A stretch of DNA of 63,859 nt, counting the filler, from Corallochytrium limacisporum Hawaii (taxonomy: Eukaryota > Protista > Pluriformea): assembly GCA_002811645.1 (NCBI GenBank). It is 6 parts of 6 records of this genome, joined end to end, with 100 filler letters (N's around TTAATTAATTAA, not from the genome) between each part and the next. Parts side by side here need not be neighbours in the genome. Positions count along the whole stretch, not along the records: positions 1 to 28,191 come from PDIP01000015.1; 5 more parts are not named here. One strand, 5' to 3'. Positions 1 to 10,341 of this stretch are shown one piece after another. How positions within the stretch are numbered: the stretch's first letter is position 1; each line of letters starts with the position of its first letter. The notes under the pieces are model-generated. The model was not told where the DNA came from. It saw nothing but the letters and a program-made list of their open reading frames with translations, and ran no database searches. Position numbers and translations under genes: made by a program.

Positions 1-1831
1 CGCCCCACCCCCCCCCCGGGGGGGGCGACGGTCGGCCGTTCCTGTGGCTATTTTTTGTCCCTTGGGTCGTGTCGCACTGGTGCGTGAGTGTTGTATACAC
101 GACGTAGGGCTCGGGGCTGTTGATTGCTTGGTCCCCCGGGCCCTCTTTACCGTCGGTCACGGTTGCCATCGACGGTTCTTGCAATTAAAAAAAGAAAGAA
201 GTAAAAGAAATGGAAAAGTTCGCACCGCCAATTTTGTTGTGGTTTCCTGGGTGTGCGCGCCGCGCGATCTCTGCGTGCTGGGACAGTGATGGTGGTGGTG
301 CGCTCTTGCGATTGAGAATGAATGTGGGTTTTTGACAGGTTTGGTTTATTTTTTTTCTTTCCCCAAAATTTTTACGGGGGTTCGGGATGGGGGTTTTCAT
401 TTTCATTTTTGGCTTGGCTTGGCTTGGTGGGGGGGAACGAACTAAAACCACCAGACTTATACGGGGTTGGTTCCGTGGGGTGTGCCGTTGTGCAAGAATT
501 TCTTTTGTTGCTCTACAAAAAGAACCTACTTCGGTGAAAAACACATACGGGAGTTGGAGGTGAGACCTGGGGTAGGTAATCCGGTCGTGCATTCGAAGAT
601 TTTTTTACCGTACATTCAGTACTGTCCAACACTGGGAGGGGGCGGGCGGTAGCGGAAAATAGAAGCGTCGAGCAGCGAGACCCTCGGGTGGTGAAGGAAA
701 AGGGACGGTGTATTGACTACCGGGAAAAGAGGGAACACGCCAGCGAGCGACGGAAACTTCCGCCCGAACCAAAAAGAAACAGGGAGAAAAGTCGGTGATC
801 CGTCGTTGCGCTCCCAGGAATATCCTTCTTTCCTTCCTCTTTATAGTGAGTGAGTGAGAAATTTTTCTTCTTTGCACCCGCCCGGATTCACGGGATGGAA
901 GAAAAAAATCCCTCCACTGAATTTTCCGGGGCGCCGGGCGGTTTGGTCACACCGTTTCGGCATCGGATGCATCCTAACCCGTCAGGTACATTTTCTATAG
1001 ACCGTGCGATTCACTTATTCCGGCAGAACCACTTGCCCGGCCGTTTGCGCCCGTCCCCCTAAATTTCCATGTGACCACTCTCACGAGCGGAAATGTACGC
1101 CTGGCACTACGAATAGATGAATACATAATCTATGAAATACTTTACAATCAGAGGCGGGACAACCTAGGAGGGATTACGTACGTACATCCAAAAGGGCGAG
1201 AGCGGGTTAGAGAGTTAGCTACCTTCCTCTTGGCCGCTAAACCAGCCCCACCCCCCCCCCTTCTGGGCCCCCCTTTCTCCCTGCTAGGCATCAGCGTGTG
1301 TTGCTTCGACGACGACAGCGAACACGACGAAATTCAATCTCACGTCCAGGCGACTAACTTGAGCACCCGCTTCCGGAAGAATAAAGGAACACAAGGGTGG
1401 GGGGGGGGGGCTGCTTCCTTAATTTGTTTGCCGATCTCATAGTGAACGAATGGAGCAAAGGAAGGCGACGGTTGGAAGGAACCGGAAATTCCTGACACAT
1501 CAATCAAGAATCCTAGCCTCCTGTCCTTTTGGCTTTTCGCGGCAAGAATGGCATCTGGGTACCCACTAAACTTTTGGTGGAAGCACCGCCCATGGCGGAT
1601 GAAGGCACGCTCCCGGCATTGCCAACTATGCGTACAAATCTTTCTGTTATCTTTGGTCAAGGTAGTTCAAGAAATCGAAAGTGTCTTCTGGAATGCATGC
1701 GGGTGGGTCGCAGTATTGAATGAAATCAATGTGTACTGAGTGCGCTCAATGATCCCTGTTTCAGAGCTTTTGAAAATAGCGGAAACATGACGAATACTAT
1801 CTTATGACGCCAGGTGGCACAGGGTGCCAAA

Positions 1832-4165
1832 ATGAATAATATGAAAAGTTTAGCATCACGCAAGAGGATGGAGAGGAGCAGCCGGTTTGTTTCTCTCTGG
1901 GTTGGTATCCTTACCGTGCTCGTGTTCTGGGCGCCGGTTGTAGAGGCGCAGACCGTAGAGGGGTTGACTGTTCTGAACGAAGGCACCACAACGGGCACAG
2001 AAAATACAGATGAAGGGGCTACCGTCTCTTTTACAGTCAAAAATGAAATCTACATTGATCGGGACACGCTGATGCTTCTGTACGGCACGAATCTAGACGG
2101 CACTGACCTCAAGCTCACAACGGAAACTACTGGCTGTGATGGCGTTGCGGTTGACATGGCGCAGGTAGGTACCGAGGGCAGTATCGGTGTGTACGCAACT
2201 GTAAGTGCACCTGTTGCTGGAGTGTACTATATTTGTGTAGATGAAACCAATCAAGGCACGAGTGATCCCTTGGCCCTGAATGCAGTCAACGCTCCAAAGG
2301 ACGAAATCCTGCCATTGCCGGCAACCATTGTCTTCATCATCGTCTTGATGATTTTGTCGGGGCTGTTTAGTGGTCTGAATTTGGGTCTGATGTCACTGGA
2401 CCCTCGAGCATTACAAATTGTAACCAAGACTGGTGAAGCCAGTGAACGCAAGTACGCAAATGCGATCCTGCCACTGCGGAAGCGTGGCAACTTGCTGCTG
2501 TGTACGTTACTCTTGGGGAATGTGCTAGTAAACAGCACTCTAACTGTGCTCTTGGAATCTGTTGCTGGTGGCTTGTTTGCAGTGTTTGGTGCCACAGCAT
2601 TGATTGTGATTTTCGGCGAGATCACACCCCAGGCCATTTGCAGCCGTCATGGACTCCTGATTGGTTACTACACCCTGCCCATCACGTACTTCTTCATGGC
2701 GGTCACGTTCATAGCGTCCTGGCCCATCTCTAAATGCCTTGACTTCGCTCTGGGTGAGGAGGTCGGCATTGTGTACAAACGTGAACAACTCAAGTACCTT
2801 CTAATGTTGACCAAGGACGATGTCGATATGAACAAAGGTGAGGTAGACATTGTTGCGGGCGCTCTAGACTTTGGGCGTAAGGCAGCCGAAGAAGTAATGA
2901 CAAAGCTTGCGGATGTGGTAATGATTGATGCGAATGCAATTCTGGATTTTGAAACGATCGGAAATATGGTGCAGAGTGGTCACAGTCGTATCCCTGTGTA
3001 CGAGGGTGAAAGAGAGAACATTATTGGAGTGGTGTTTGCCAAGGACTTGGCATTTGTGGACCCCGATGACAACATGCCAGTGCGCACTGTCATGTCTTTC
3101 TACAAAAGACCTTTGCAGGCCGTATTTTGGGATGCTACCCTGCTTGCCCTTCTTGACCTTTTCAAGACCGGAGGCGCACACATGGCTGTCGTTCGTAAGG
3201 TCTTTGAGAGGGACGGAAAGGACCCTGAGTACCGAGCAGTCGGTGTGGTAACACTGGAGGATGTCATTGAAGAAATCATTCAGTCCGAAATTGTGGACGA
3301 GACGGACGTATACGTAGACAACGTGAGCAAGCGAAAATTGCAGCGAGTGCGCCCAGACGATGAGCTGCAAAAGGAAGTCTTCGGAGCCAAGGGTGATGAC
3401 TCCAGCAAGAAGCTGTCTGGACAGCTGCACATGGCTGTGTACCAGTACCTCCACACGAGCGTTCCAATGTTTCAACCGCCACAGTTGCAGGCTGATAGGG
3501 AACCATCTGATGGCATTAGTGGCAGTGTCCTGAAGCGTCTCCTGAAACAGTGCGAGCTGGTGAGATTCGAGCCGGATTGGAAGCACCACCACCGCGTCGG
3601 TAGCATGTTGGACATTGTGGAAGAAGAGGAACTTGCCAAGAAGCATCACCCCGAGCAACTAATCTATATGAAGGATCAGAAGGCTGATTTTGCAGTATTG
3701 GTTCTTGAAGGGTCACTAAAGATGATCATCGGCAGCGAAGGATATGAGTTTGAGGCTGGACCTTTCACTCTCGTTGCAAGCATGGCCTTGTCCAACGTTG
3801 ACTATACGACGGACTTTACAGCCATCGCCGACGACATGATTGTGTATTTGCGCATCACTCGTGAGGATTACATGCGGGCTGTGAAGGCCACGCGCATGGA
3901 AAGGCTACATGGCCAGCCAGGGCGCGCAGGGAATGATGCAGAAGCTCACAGTGTTGTCAAGTCGGCCGAGCCCAAGACTCCGGTCCGAGATATTCGTACG
4001 ACACCGGCACGTACAGATGCTGAGGTCCAATACGGCGACCGCGAACCATCAGAACCGCAAGTTCACGATGACAGGGATATGGAAGGTGAACCGGAACCTG
4101 ATACAGGCACACTGACCACCTCAGACGACAGCGAGACAACGGCCTTGCATCAGAAGAATGTTTAA
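1832..4165 (+). CDS. CNNM: CNNM/cyclin M family Mg2+ transporter (signal peptide, extracellular domain, DUF21, CBS pair, CNBH domain)
   Basis: Uninterrupted ORF (track starts at GTG 1814; first ATG 1832, alternatives 1841/1868). DUF21 motifs LSGLFSGLNLGLMSLD, LLCTLLLGNVLVN and IVIFGEITPQAICSRHGL. CBS motifs GHSRIPVY and GVVTLEDVIEEIIQSEIVDETD. C-terminal CNBH-like segment (ADFAVLVLEG..FEAGPF). Confidence 0.95.
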   Translation: MNNMKSLASRKRMERSSRFVSLWVGILTVLVFWAPVVEAQTVEGLTVLNEGTTTGTENTDEGATVSFTVKNEIYIDRDTLMLLYGTNLDGTDLKLTTETTGCDGVAVDMAQVGTEGSIGVYATVSAPVAGVYYICVDETNQGTSDPLALNAVNAPKDEILPLPATIVFIIVLMILSGLFSGLNLGLMSLDPRALQIVTKTGEASERKYANAILPLRKRGNLLLCTLLLGNVLVNSTLTVLLESVAGGLFAVFGATALIVIFGEITPQAICSRHGLLIGYYTLPITYFFMAVTFIASWPISKCLDFALGEEVGIVYKREQLKYLLMLTKDDVDMNKGEVDIVAGALDFGRKAAEEVMTKLADVVMIDANAILDFETIGNMVQSGHSRIPVYEGERENIIGVVFAKDLAFVDPDDNMPVRTVMSFYKRPLQAVFWDATLLALLDLFKTGGAHMAVVRKVFERDGKDPEYRAVGVVTLEDVIEEIIQSEIVDETDVYVDNVSKRKLQRVRPDDELQKEVFGAKGDDSSKKLSGQLHMAVYQYLHTSVPMFQPPQLQADREPSDGISGSVLKRLLKQCELVRFEPDWKHHHRVGSMLDIVEEEELAKKHHPEQLIYMKDQKADFAVLVLEGSLKMIIGSEGYEFEAGPFTLVASMALSNVDYTTDFTAIADDMIVYLRITREDYMRAVKATRMERLHGQPGRAGNDAEAHSVVKSAEPKTPVRDIRTTPARTDAEVQYGDREPSEPQVHDDRDMEGEPEPDTGTLTTSDDSETTALHQKNV

Positions 4166-4466
4166 AGAAATGAACGACCAGTAACCTTATCTATACATAT
4201 ATATATATACACTATCGTTGGTAAACATGAAATTGCTATGTACACTGCCTGCGTGTTAGCTCACCCAGTCAACGCCAACAGACTTCACCCTTCTGCCAGA
4301 GTGAGTGTACCGTGCGATGCGATAACCCATCCAGGGTGCATCGTGAAGATGTGAACGACAGTGAAAAGACTTTTGGCTCTATATATTTATAAATAGTAAA
4401 ATGGTAATATGATTTTTTTTAATGTGTGGATAACTACATTTGATGCAATAAAGCGCTGCAAACACT

Positions 4467-7400
4467 TTAGTAGTTGGTCTCGCGCTCCACGAAACCACCA
4501 GGGTGTTCGCGCATGGTCTTCTTACGCCATTCGTCGTAGATCATGATCATGATGGCCCACGGTGTGGCAGGCAGCCAGTGGACGAACTTCAGAGGCTGCA
4601 CATTGAAGGCAACGTCTGTACCAGGAATGTAGCACAGGGCGATAGCCAAGCAGGTTTCGAACAGCAGAGCGGAGTTGAGGGTGCGGTTGCGCAGACCCTG
4701 CTGGAAGATGGACAGACGGCGGGTCTTGCAAATCAGTACATCAGCCCACTGGGCAATGATAATGGACACGAAGAAGGCGGTCTGGGCATGGAACTCGACA
4801 GTCTTGCGGTCATCGAAGCTCCACTGCTGGCCGTAGGAGTCGCGGACGTCCTCGATCTTGCTGTCATCCCAGTCGTCACGGAGACCAATCAGACGGTCGG
4901 GCCACCAGCCGTAGTCGGAGAGCACAACCAGGTAGGAGAAGAAACCAGCAAGGGCCTGCATCACACCAATTTGCATGAAAGTCATGCAAATCAAGGTGTT
5001 CGTCACAAGCTTGTCAGTCTGGGCGTTACGGGGTTTGCGCTTCATGATATCGGACTCAGCCTCCTCGTAGGCAAGGGCAATGGCGGGGTACATATCGGTA
5101 CCCAAATCGATAAGCAAAATCATGATAGTGGACAGGGGCAGGGGAACCTCCAGGAAAATGAAGACCAGGAAGGGAGCCAGCTCGGGAATCTTGGAGGTCA
5201 AGGTGTAGGCGACGGATTTCTTGAGGTTGTCAAAGATAAGGCGACCCTCCTCAACACCGTTAACAATGGAGGAGAAGTTGTCGTCCAACAGAATCATATC
5301 AGCAGCCTCCTTGGACACATCAGAACCGGTAATACCCATAGCAACACCAATATCAGCCTTCTTCAGAGCGGGGGAATCGTTAACACCATCACCAGTTACG
5401 GCGACAACGGCACCAGCACGCTGGCAAGCCTCCACAATACGCAGCTTCTGGGTGGGGGAGGTACGGGCAAACACAACCTGTTCGTGGCGAACAGCAGCAT
5501 CGAGCTCTTCGTCGTTCATATCGCGGAGCATATCTCCGTGCACAACAATAGCCTTAACCTGAGAGCGGTCCACCTTCTCGATGGGGATACCTTCACGGGC
5601 AGCAATGTCCTCAGCGGTGTCGGAGGAGATGATACCGACCTGCTTGGAGATGGCCTTGGCAGTGATGGGGTGATCACCGGTGACCATAATGACCTTGATA
5701 CCGGCTTCCTGGCAAGAGCGAACAGAGGCAGGGACAGTTTCACGGGGGGGATCAATCAGAGACATCAGACCGACGTAGGTCAGACCCTCCAGAGGGAAGT
5801 TCGGATCGTCAGCATCGAAAGCAAAACCCTTGGGGAACTTACTCTTGTCGAGCTTCAACATAGCGAAACCGAGCACACGCTCACCCATACCACCCAGGGT
5901 GTCGTAGGCAGACTGCCAGTCATTGCGCACTTCTTCAGTCATGGGCTGCACCTCTCCGTTGGTCAAAATATGCGTAGAGCGGTCGAACACACGCTCGGGG
6001 GCACCCTTGAACAGAACAACGTTGACGGTAGGATCGTCCTCGTCCTCAACAACGCTTACGGCGAACTTGTTAGTGGAGTTGAAAGGAATTTCGCAGACCT
6101 TCTTGTTAGCGGCACGGAACTTCTCAATGGGGCGGATCTCCTCAGCGAACTTGATCAGGGCAGATTCGGAGGCGTCACCGTTAGTCAGACGCTGCAGGAT
6201 GGGGATGTGCTCCTGACCCTCAGCGAAGACAGCACGGTTGCAGCAGGTGCCGACACGCACCAGCTGTTTGAAAGTCTCGTTATCCTTATCGTAGGAACCG
6301 TTGGTTGGGGCGTGGTCAGCGGTAAAGATAGTGTTGTCGTACCACACGTGGGCGACAGTCATGCGGTTCTGGGTCAGGGTACCGGTCTTGTCAGAGCAAA
6401 TGGTAGAGGTGGAACCCAGAGTCTCGACGGCCTCGAGGTTCTTCACGAGCACGTTCTTCTCGGCCATGCGGTTAGCGGTCAGAGTCAGGGCAACGGTAAG
6501 GGTGGCCAGCAGACCCTCAGGTACAACGGCAACCAGAATGGAAATCAGGAAAATGACAGCGTCGATCCATTCGTATCCAATAACGAGAGCCAGAATGAAG
6601 AAAGTAATACCCAGAGTCGCTGCGATAGCGGAAATCAGATGAATAAAGTGCTCGACCTCACGTGCAATGGGGGTCTTCACGTTCTCAGTGGCGGCAACGA
6701 GACCAGCGATGCGACCAATGACGGTACGGTCACCGGTGTTAACAACGATACCGCGAGCGGTACCCTCGACGGCAGAGGTAGAGTAGAAGGCCAAGTTACG
6801 GGTCTCCAGAGGGTTATCGTGAGAGGATTCGGGGGTACGGGTCTGGGGCTCAGATTCACCAGTGAGAGAGGAGTTGTCGACCTTGAAGTTGGAAGCTTCA
6901 ATGACACGGATGTCAGCAGGCATGCGGTCACCATACTTAACCTCGATAACATCACCGACAACCAGCTCCTCGGGATCCATGTTGAGCTTCTTGCCCTCGC
7001 GAATGCACAAGCACTCGGCGGGGACCATCTTGGCGAAAGACTCCATGACCTTGGAAGACTTGGACTCCTGGTAGTAAGAGAAGATACCAGTAACAACAAC
7101 AACGAAAATCAGAGCACCACCGAGGTAAAGGTTGTCAGCGGCGGGTTCACCACCCTGGGAAGCCTGGATACCGTAGGCAACGAAACACAAGATACCACCA
7201 ATCCACAGAATGATGGCAAAACCAGAGAACAATTGCTTGCAGAACTTAATCCATTCGGGGGTCTGCTTGGGGGGAGTAAGGCAGTTGCGACCGTCCCGCA
7301 GCAGACGCTCAGCAGCAATCTTAGAGTTCAGACCCGTGCCGGGGTCAGTGTCATAGCGAGCGCACAGTTCCTGGAGGGGAATCAAGTGCTCGTCCATTTC

Positions 7401-7598
7401 GACCTCCTTCTTGAGGTCTTCGACGTCCTCTTTGGCGTTCTTCTTACCTTTCTTCGCATCCTCGCGGGCGCGCTTTACGCGGTCGGAGACTTCAGCGAAC
7501 TCAGTGGCGATACGGTAAGAGTGGGTACGGTTAATGTCAGAGTCATCCTCGATGATGACCTCACCCTTCGGGGTGTCAAGTCCCGTGTAGTTTGACAT
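4467..7598 (-). CDS. ATP1A: P-type IIC ATPase, Na+/K+-ATPase alpha subunit-like (1043 aa)
   Basis: [19 protein letters not shown], phosphorylation site [65 protein letters not shown], and C-terminus ERETNY (cf. KETYY). Single exon with strong C/T-ending codon bias. Confidence 0.97.
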   Translation of the reverse strand: MSNYTGLDTPKGEVIIEDDSDINRTHSYRIATEFAEVSDRVKRAREDAKKGKKNAKEDVEDLKKEVEMDEHLIPLQELCARYDTDPGTGLNSKIAAERLLRDGRNCLTPPKQTPEWIKFCKQLFSGFAIILWIGGILCFVAYGIQASQGGEPAADNLYLGGALIFVVVVTGIFSYYQESKSSKVMESFAKMVPAECLCIREGKKLNMDPEELVVGDVIEVKYGDRMPADIRVIEASNFKVDNSSLTGESEPQTRTPESSHDNPLETRNLAFYSTSAVEGTARGIVVNTGDRTVIGRIAGLVAATENVKTPIAREVEHFIHLISAIAATLGITFFILALVIGYEWIDAVIFLISILVAVVPEGLLATLTVALTLTANRMAEKNVLVKNLEAVETLGSTSTICSDKTGTLTQNRMTVAHVWYDNTIFTADHAPTNGSYDKDNETFKQLVRVGTCCNRAVFAEGQEHIPILQRLTNGDASESALIKFAEEIRPIEKFRAANKKVCEIPFNSTNKFAVSVVEDEDDPTVNVVLFKGAPERVFDRSTHILTNGEVQPMTEEVRNDWQSAYDTLGGMGERVLGFAMLKLDKSKFPKGFAFDADDPNFPLEGLTYVGLMSLIDPPRETVPASVRSCQEAGIKVIMVTGDHPITAKAISKQVGIISSDTAEDIAAREGIPIEKVDRSQVKAIVVHGDMLRDMNDEELDAAVRHEQVVFARTSPTQKLRIVEACQRAGAVVAVTGDGVNDSPALKKADIGVAMGITGSDVSKEAADMILLDDNFSSIVNGVEEGRLIFDNLKKSVAYTLTSKIPELAPFLVFIFLEVPLPLSTIMILLIDLGTDMYPAIALAYEEAESDIMKRKPRNAQTDKLVTNTLICMTFMQIGVMQALAGFFSYLVVLSDYGWWPDRLIGLRDDWDDSKIEDVRDSYGQQWSFDDRKTVEFHAQTAFFVSIIIAQWADVLICKTRRLSIFQQGLRNRTLNSALLFETCLAIALCYIPGTDVAFNVQPLKFVHWLPATPWAIMIMIYDEWRKKTMREHPGGFVERETNY

Positions 7599-9321
7599 GA
7601 TCGGTGGGTGCCTTGGGCGTTAGTGTGATTTAGAACACTTACTCTCAAAGCAGTCTTTTGTCACAGTTACAGATGTCCCGATAACTGCGTCGGAAAGAAC
7701 TAAGAGAAGGAGAGAAGCACTTTCTAGCTGCCATTGAACATGGATGCCTAATGTACCTGGCGAGAGTCCTTCGTGGTTTGCCCGTTCTGTTCCTTTGTTT
7801 GGCCTCGTCAGTGTGGTGTACTTCTTTTGTTTGCGTCGTAGGTGGGTCTCGTCATAGACTCACGCAACGCCTTTTGGGCAAGAAGTTCACACAGTTCGTG
7901 TGCCAAAGAACAGATCAAGACTGACAATGAGAAAAGGGAAGAGAAAAGCGTGAGTGCCGTGTGCTGCTGCTGCCGGGCTCCCCTACCGTTCTTTGTACTG
8001 GTCTCCGAAGATCGTCAGACGAGAGGACTAGGTGTCCTGGCTGCGTCTCCCCGCGGGTGGAGGCCAGGCTGTAGTAAATATACTATCCCTCCGACCCCGT
8101 TTCAACAATTTGACGGGGCTTCGCGTCCCACTCCCTTCCTGCATCTCAGGTCGCCCCTTTAATTTCTAAATTTTCTGACCTAGGTCGGCCGTCGTCGGAT
8201 CCGAACAATAATGGGCTCTCACTCCTAGCTCCCGCTTGACTCAACCTACTCTCTCCGGGGCTGACGGAGGTAGGGGGGGAGGTTTTGGGAGGAAAAGAAG
8301 TGAGGTTTTTGGTGGGGGGGGGGAAGAAGAAGAAGAAGAAAGGAAGGCCCGGAGGGGGGGGGAAACCCCACTGCGACCACTGATCACTCATCTGGACGTC
8401 GTTATTTTTCTAAGTTTCCGTTTCAATAAAAACAAAATGGAAAAAGAGCGTTGCTTTAGACATCTTCTCTACCAATACTGTTGCACTAGGTCGAGGCCAT
8501 ATGAAGTTATGGCGGGACAAGAGAACCATAAAAAAACACCAAATCTTAAGAGATAAGGACTAAACCTACCCGTCATCAATCATCACAGCAGCAGCATCGT
8601 CCCATCATCAGAGAGCCTATTAAATTTGTTAACCCAAAGTGGCGAGAGTTTCTCTTTTTTGTTTTGACATGGGAACGCAATGGCGAAGGGGCACGGGTTT
8701 TACCCGCAACGGGCGACCAAAAACTCTCGACCTTGTGGTCCGCCGCCGCTGGCTAACCCATCCATTATTACAAATTCTATTTCATTTCTGCGCTCTCCCC
8801 CTCCCCCCCCCCCTCCGAGGGGGACGGTTCTTCTTCCCCCTCCTTTGTTACTCTACTCTTATGTTCCGCATGTGTGGCCTCTCCGGGGCCCTCCCCCCCC
8901 TCTCCCCTTCCCCACTGTCGTTAGCGCAATAATGGGAGAGACAAATATTCCAAGAAAAATTCGCAGGACTCACCCGTATTTGGTTGAGTCCGCCAACCCA
9001 CCGCCAGGCCCGCTCCGGTTTTTGCTCCACCGTGGAACTATTGCCACCCTACGCCATAAGCCATTATCGTCATTCATCATTACCTATTGCCGGACGAGGG
9101 AGAATAGAACACCCCGAAAGAACGGACACGCACGGGATTTGAGCAGTGTGTGTGGGAGTGGCGCATTTTTTTGCTCTCCTCTCCCCTCCCCTCCCCTCCC
9201 CTCCCCTCCCCCCCTTCCTTTTTTTCCCGGGTCCCTGTATGACTGGCTCATTCGGCCCCTTGGAGCATTCCAGGAGTCTCGGGCTTGAATGACGTATAGG
9301 ACACATATACCCCGGCAAGGC

Positions 9322-9347
9322 GTGTGTGTGTGTGTGTGTGTGTGTGT
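9322..9347. repeat. (GT)13 microsatellite
   Basis: Read directly from the sequence. Confidence 0.95.
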
Positions 9348-10283
9348 TTGGCTGGTTGGTGGAGAACCAAACACACTCCCGAGGAGATCGAAACGAAGAG
9401 GGAGAAAACAAAATAGAGGAAGGAAAGTGAAACACCGGAGACCGTGCGGCAGATATTACCCGACCGGTGTGACTCGTTTTGTGATTGACGGCCTCACAAA
9501 TGGGGGGGGTTTGCCAATCCGGGACGAGGGCCGTGGTGGGTCGGCGTCGTCTGCGAACACAAACAAATTCGGGAGAGTGCCCAACTTGGCCACGCATTTT
9601 CCCCTACGCACGCCTCGTCACGACTGGAGTGACAAATATAGGTCTGTCGAGGATATTTGGAAATTGTTCTCTATTTCTAATAGTAATTACATTGACAACA
9701 ATACACAGACCAGGGAGATCCGGGGAAATAGAGCACAAGACAATAGATGATGAGACTCGTCGGCAACTGATGTCAATCACTGTGCCATGTTTAAGCTCCT
9801 CTCGATCGCTCCTACCGTGGATGTCTCCAATTTCACGATGCCGACTCGTCCACGATCTCTTTTCCTAAAGTATCTTACTCCATATATTGACTATAGTCCG
9901 ACATCGGCACAAGAGAATGCGAACACCTGAGACTCACCCAAGGTGAAGATGAAGACCGGGGAAGGCTTCAGACACAAACGGGTAATATTGGTTGCGCAGA
10001 AGGTTCGTTGGTGCCTCTGGAATCCCCATAGTAAAGCTACGAATGTTCCGTCGGGTGATATTAGACTATTTCGTGCTTGCACCTCATGTCCGTCTTCTAA
10101 TCTGAAAATTTTCTAAATCTCCCTCTCTCTCTCGTTCTCTCGTTCTCGGAGAACCCCCGCAGTTTCTACACCGTTGGGCCCGTACACACGAGAAAGAAGA
10201 AGCAATGTGACGACGTTGCCGGGTATCTTTCTGGTTGTACATTCAGAACTAACCATGACTTTGACGTTCAGGGGAAGGGGGAG

Positions 10284-10285
<2 letters not shown>

Positions 10286-10334
<49 letters not shown>

Positions 10335-10341
10335 GGAGAGA
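10286..10341. repeat. (GA)n microsatellite / polypurine tract
   Basis: About 20 perfect GA units followed by imperfect units. Confidence 0.95.

Noticed and set aside
4503-7595. 1030-aa ORF antisense to the Na/K-ATPase
   Set aside because: It is codon-in-register with the real gene. Avoidance of TTA/CTA/TCA in a strongly biased gene removes antisense stops, and the translation has no motifs.
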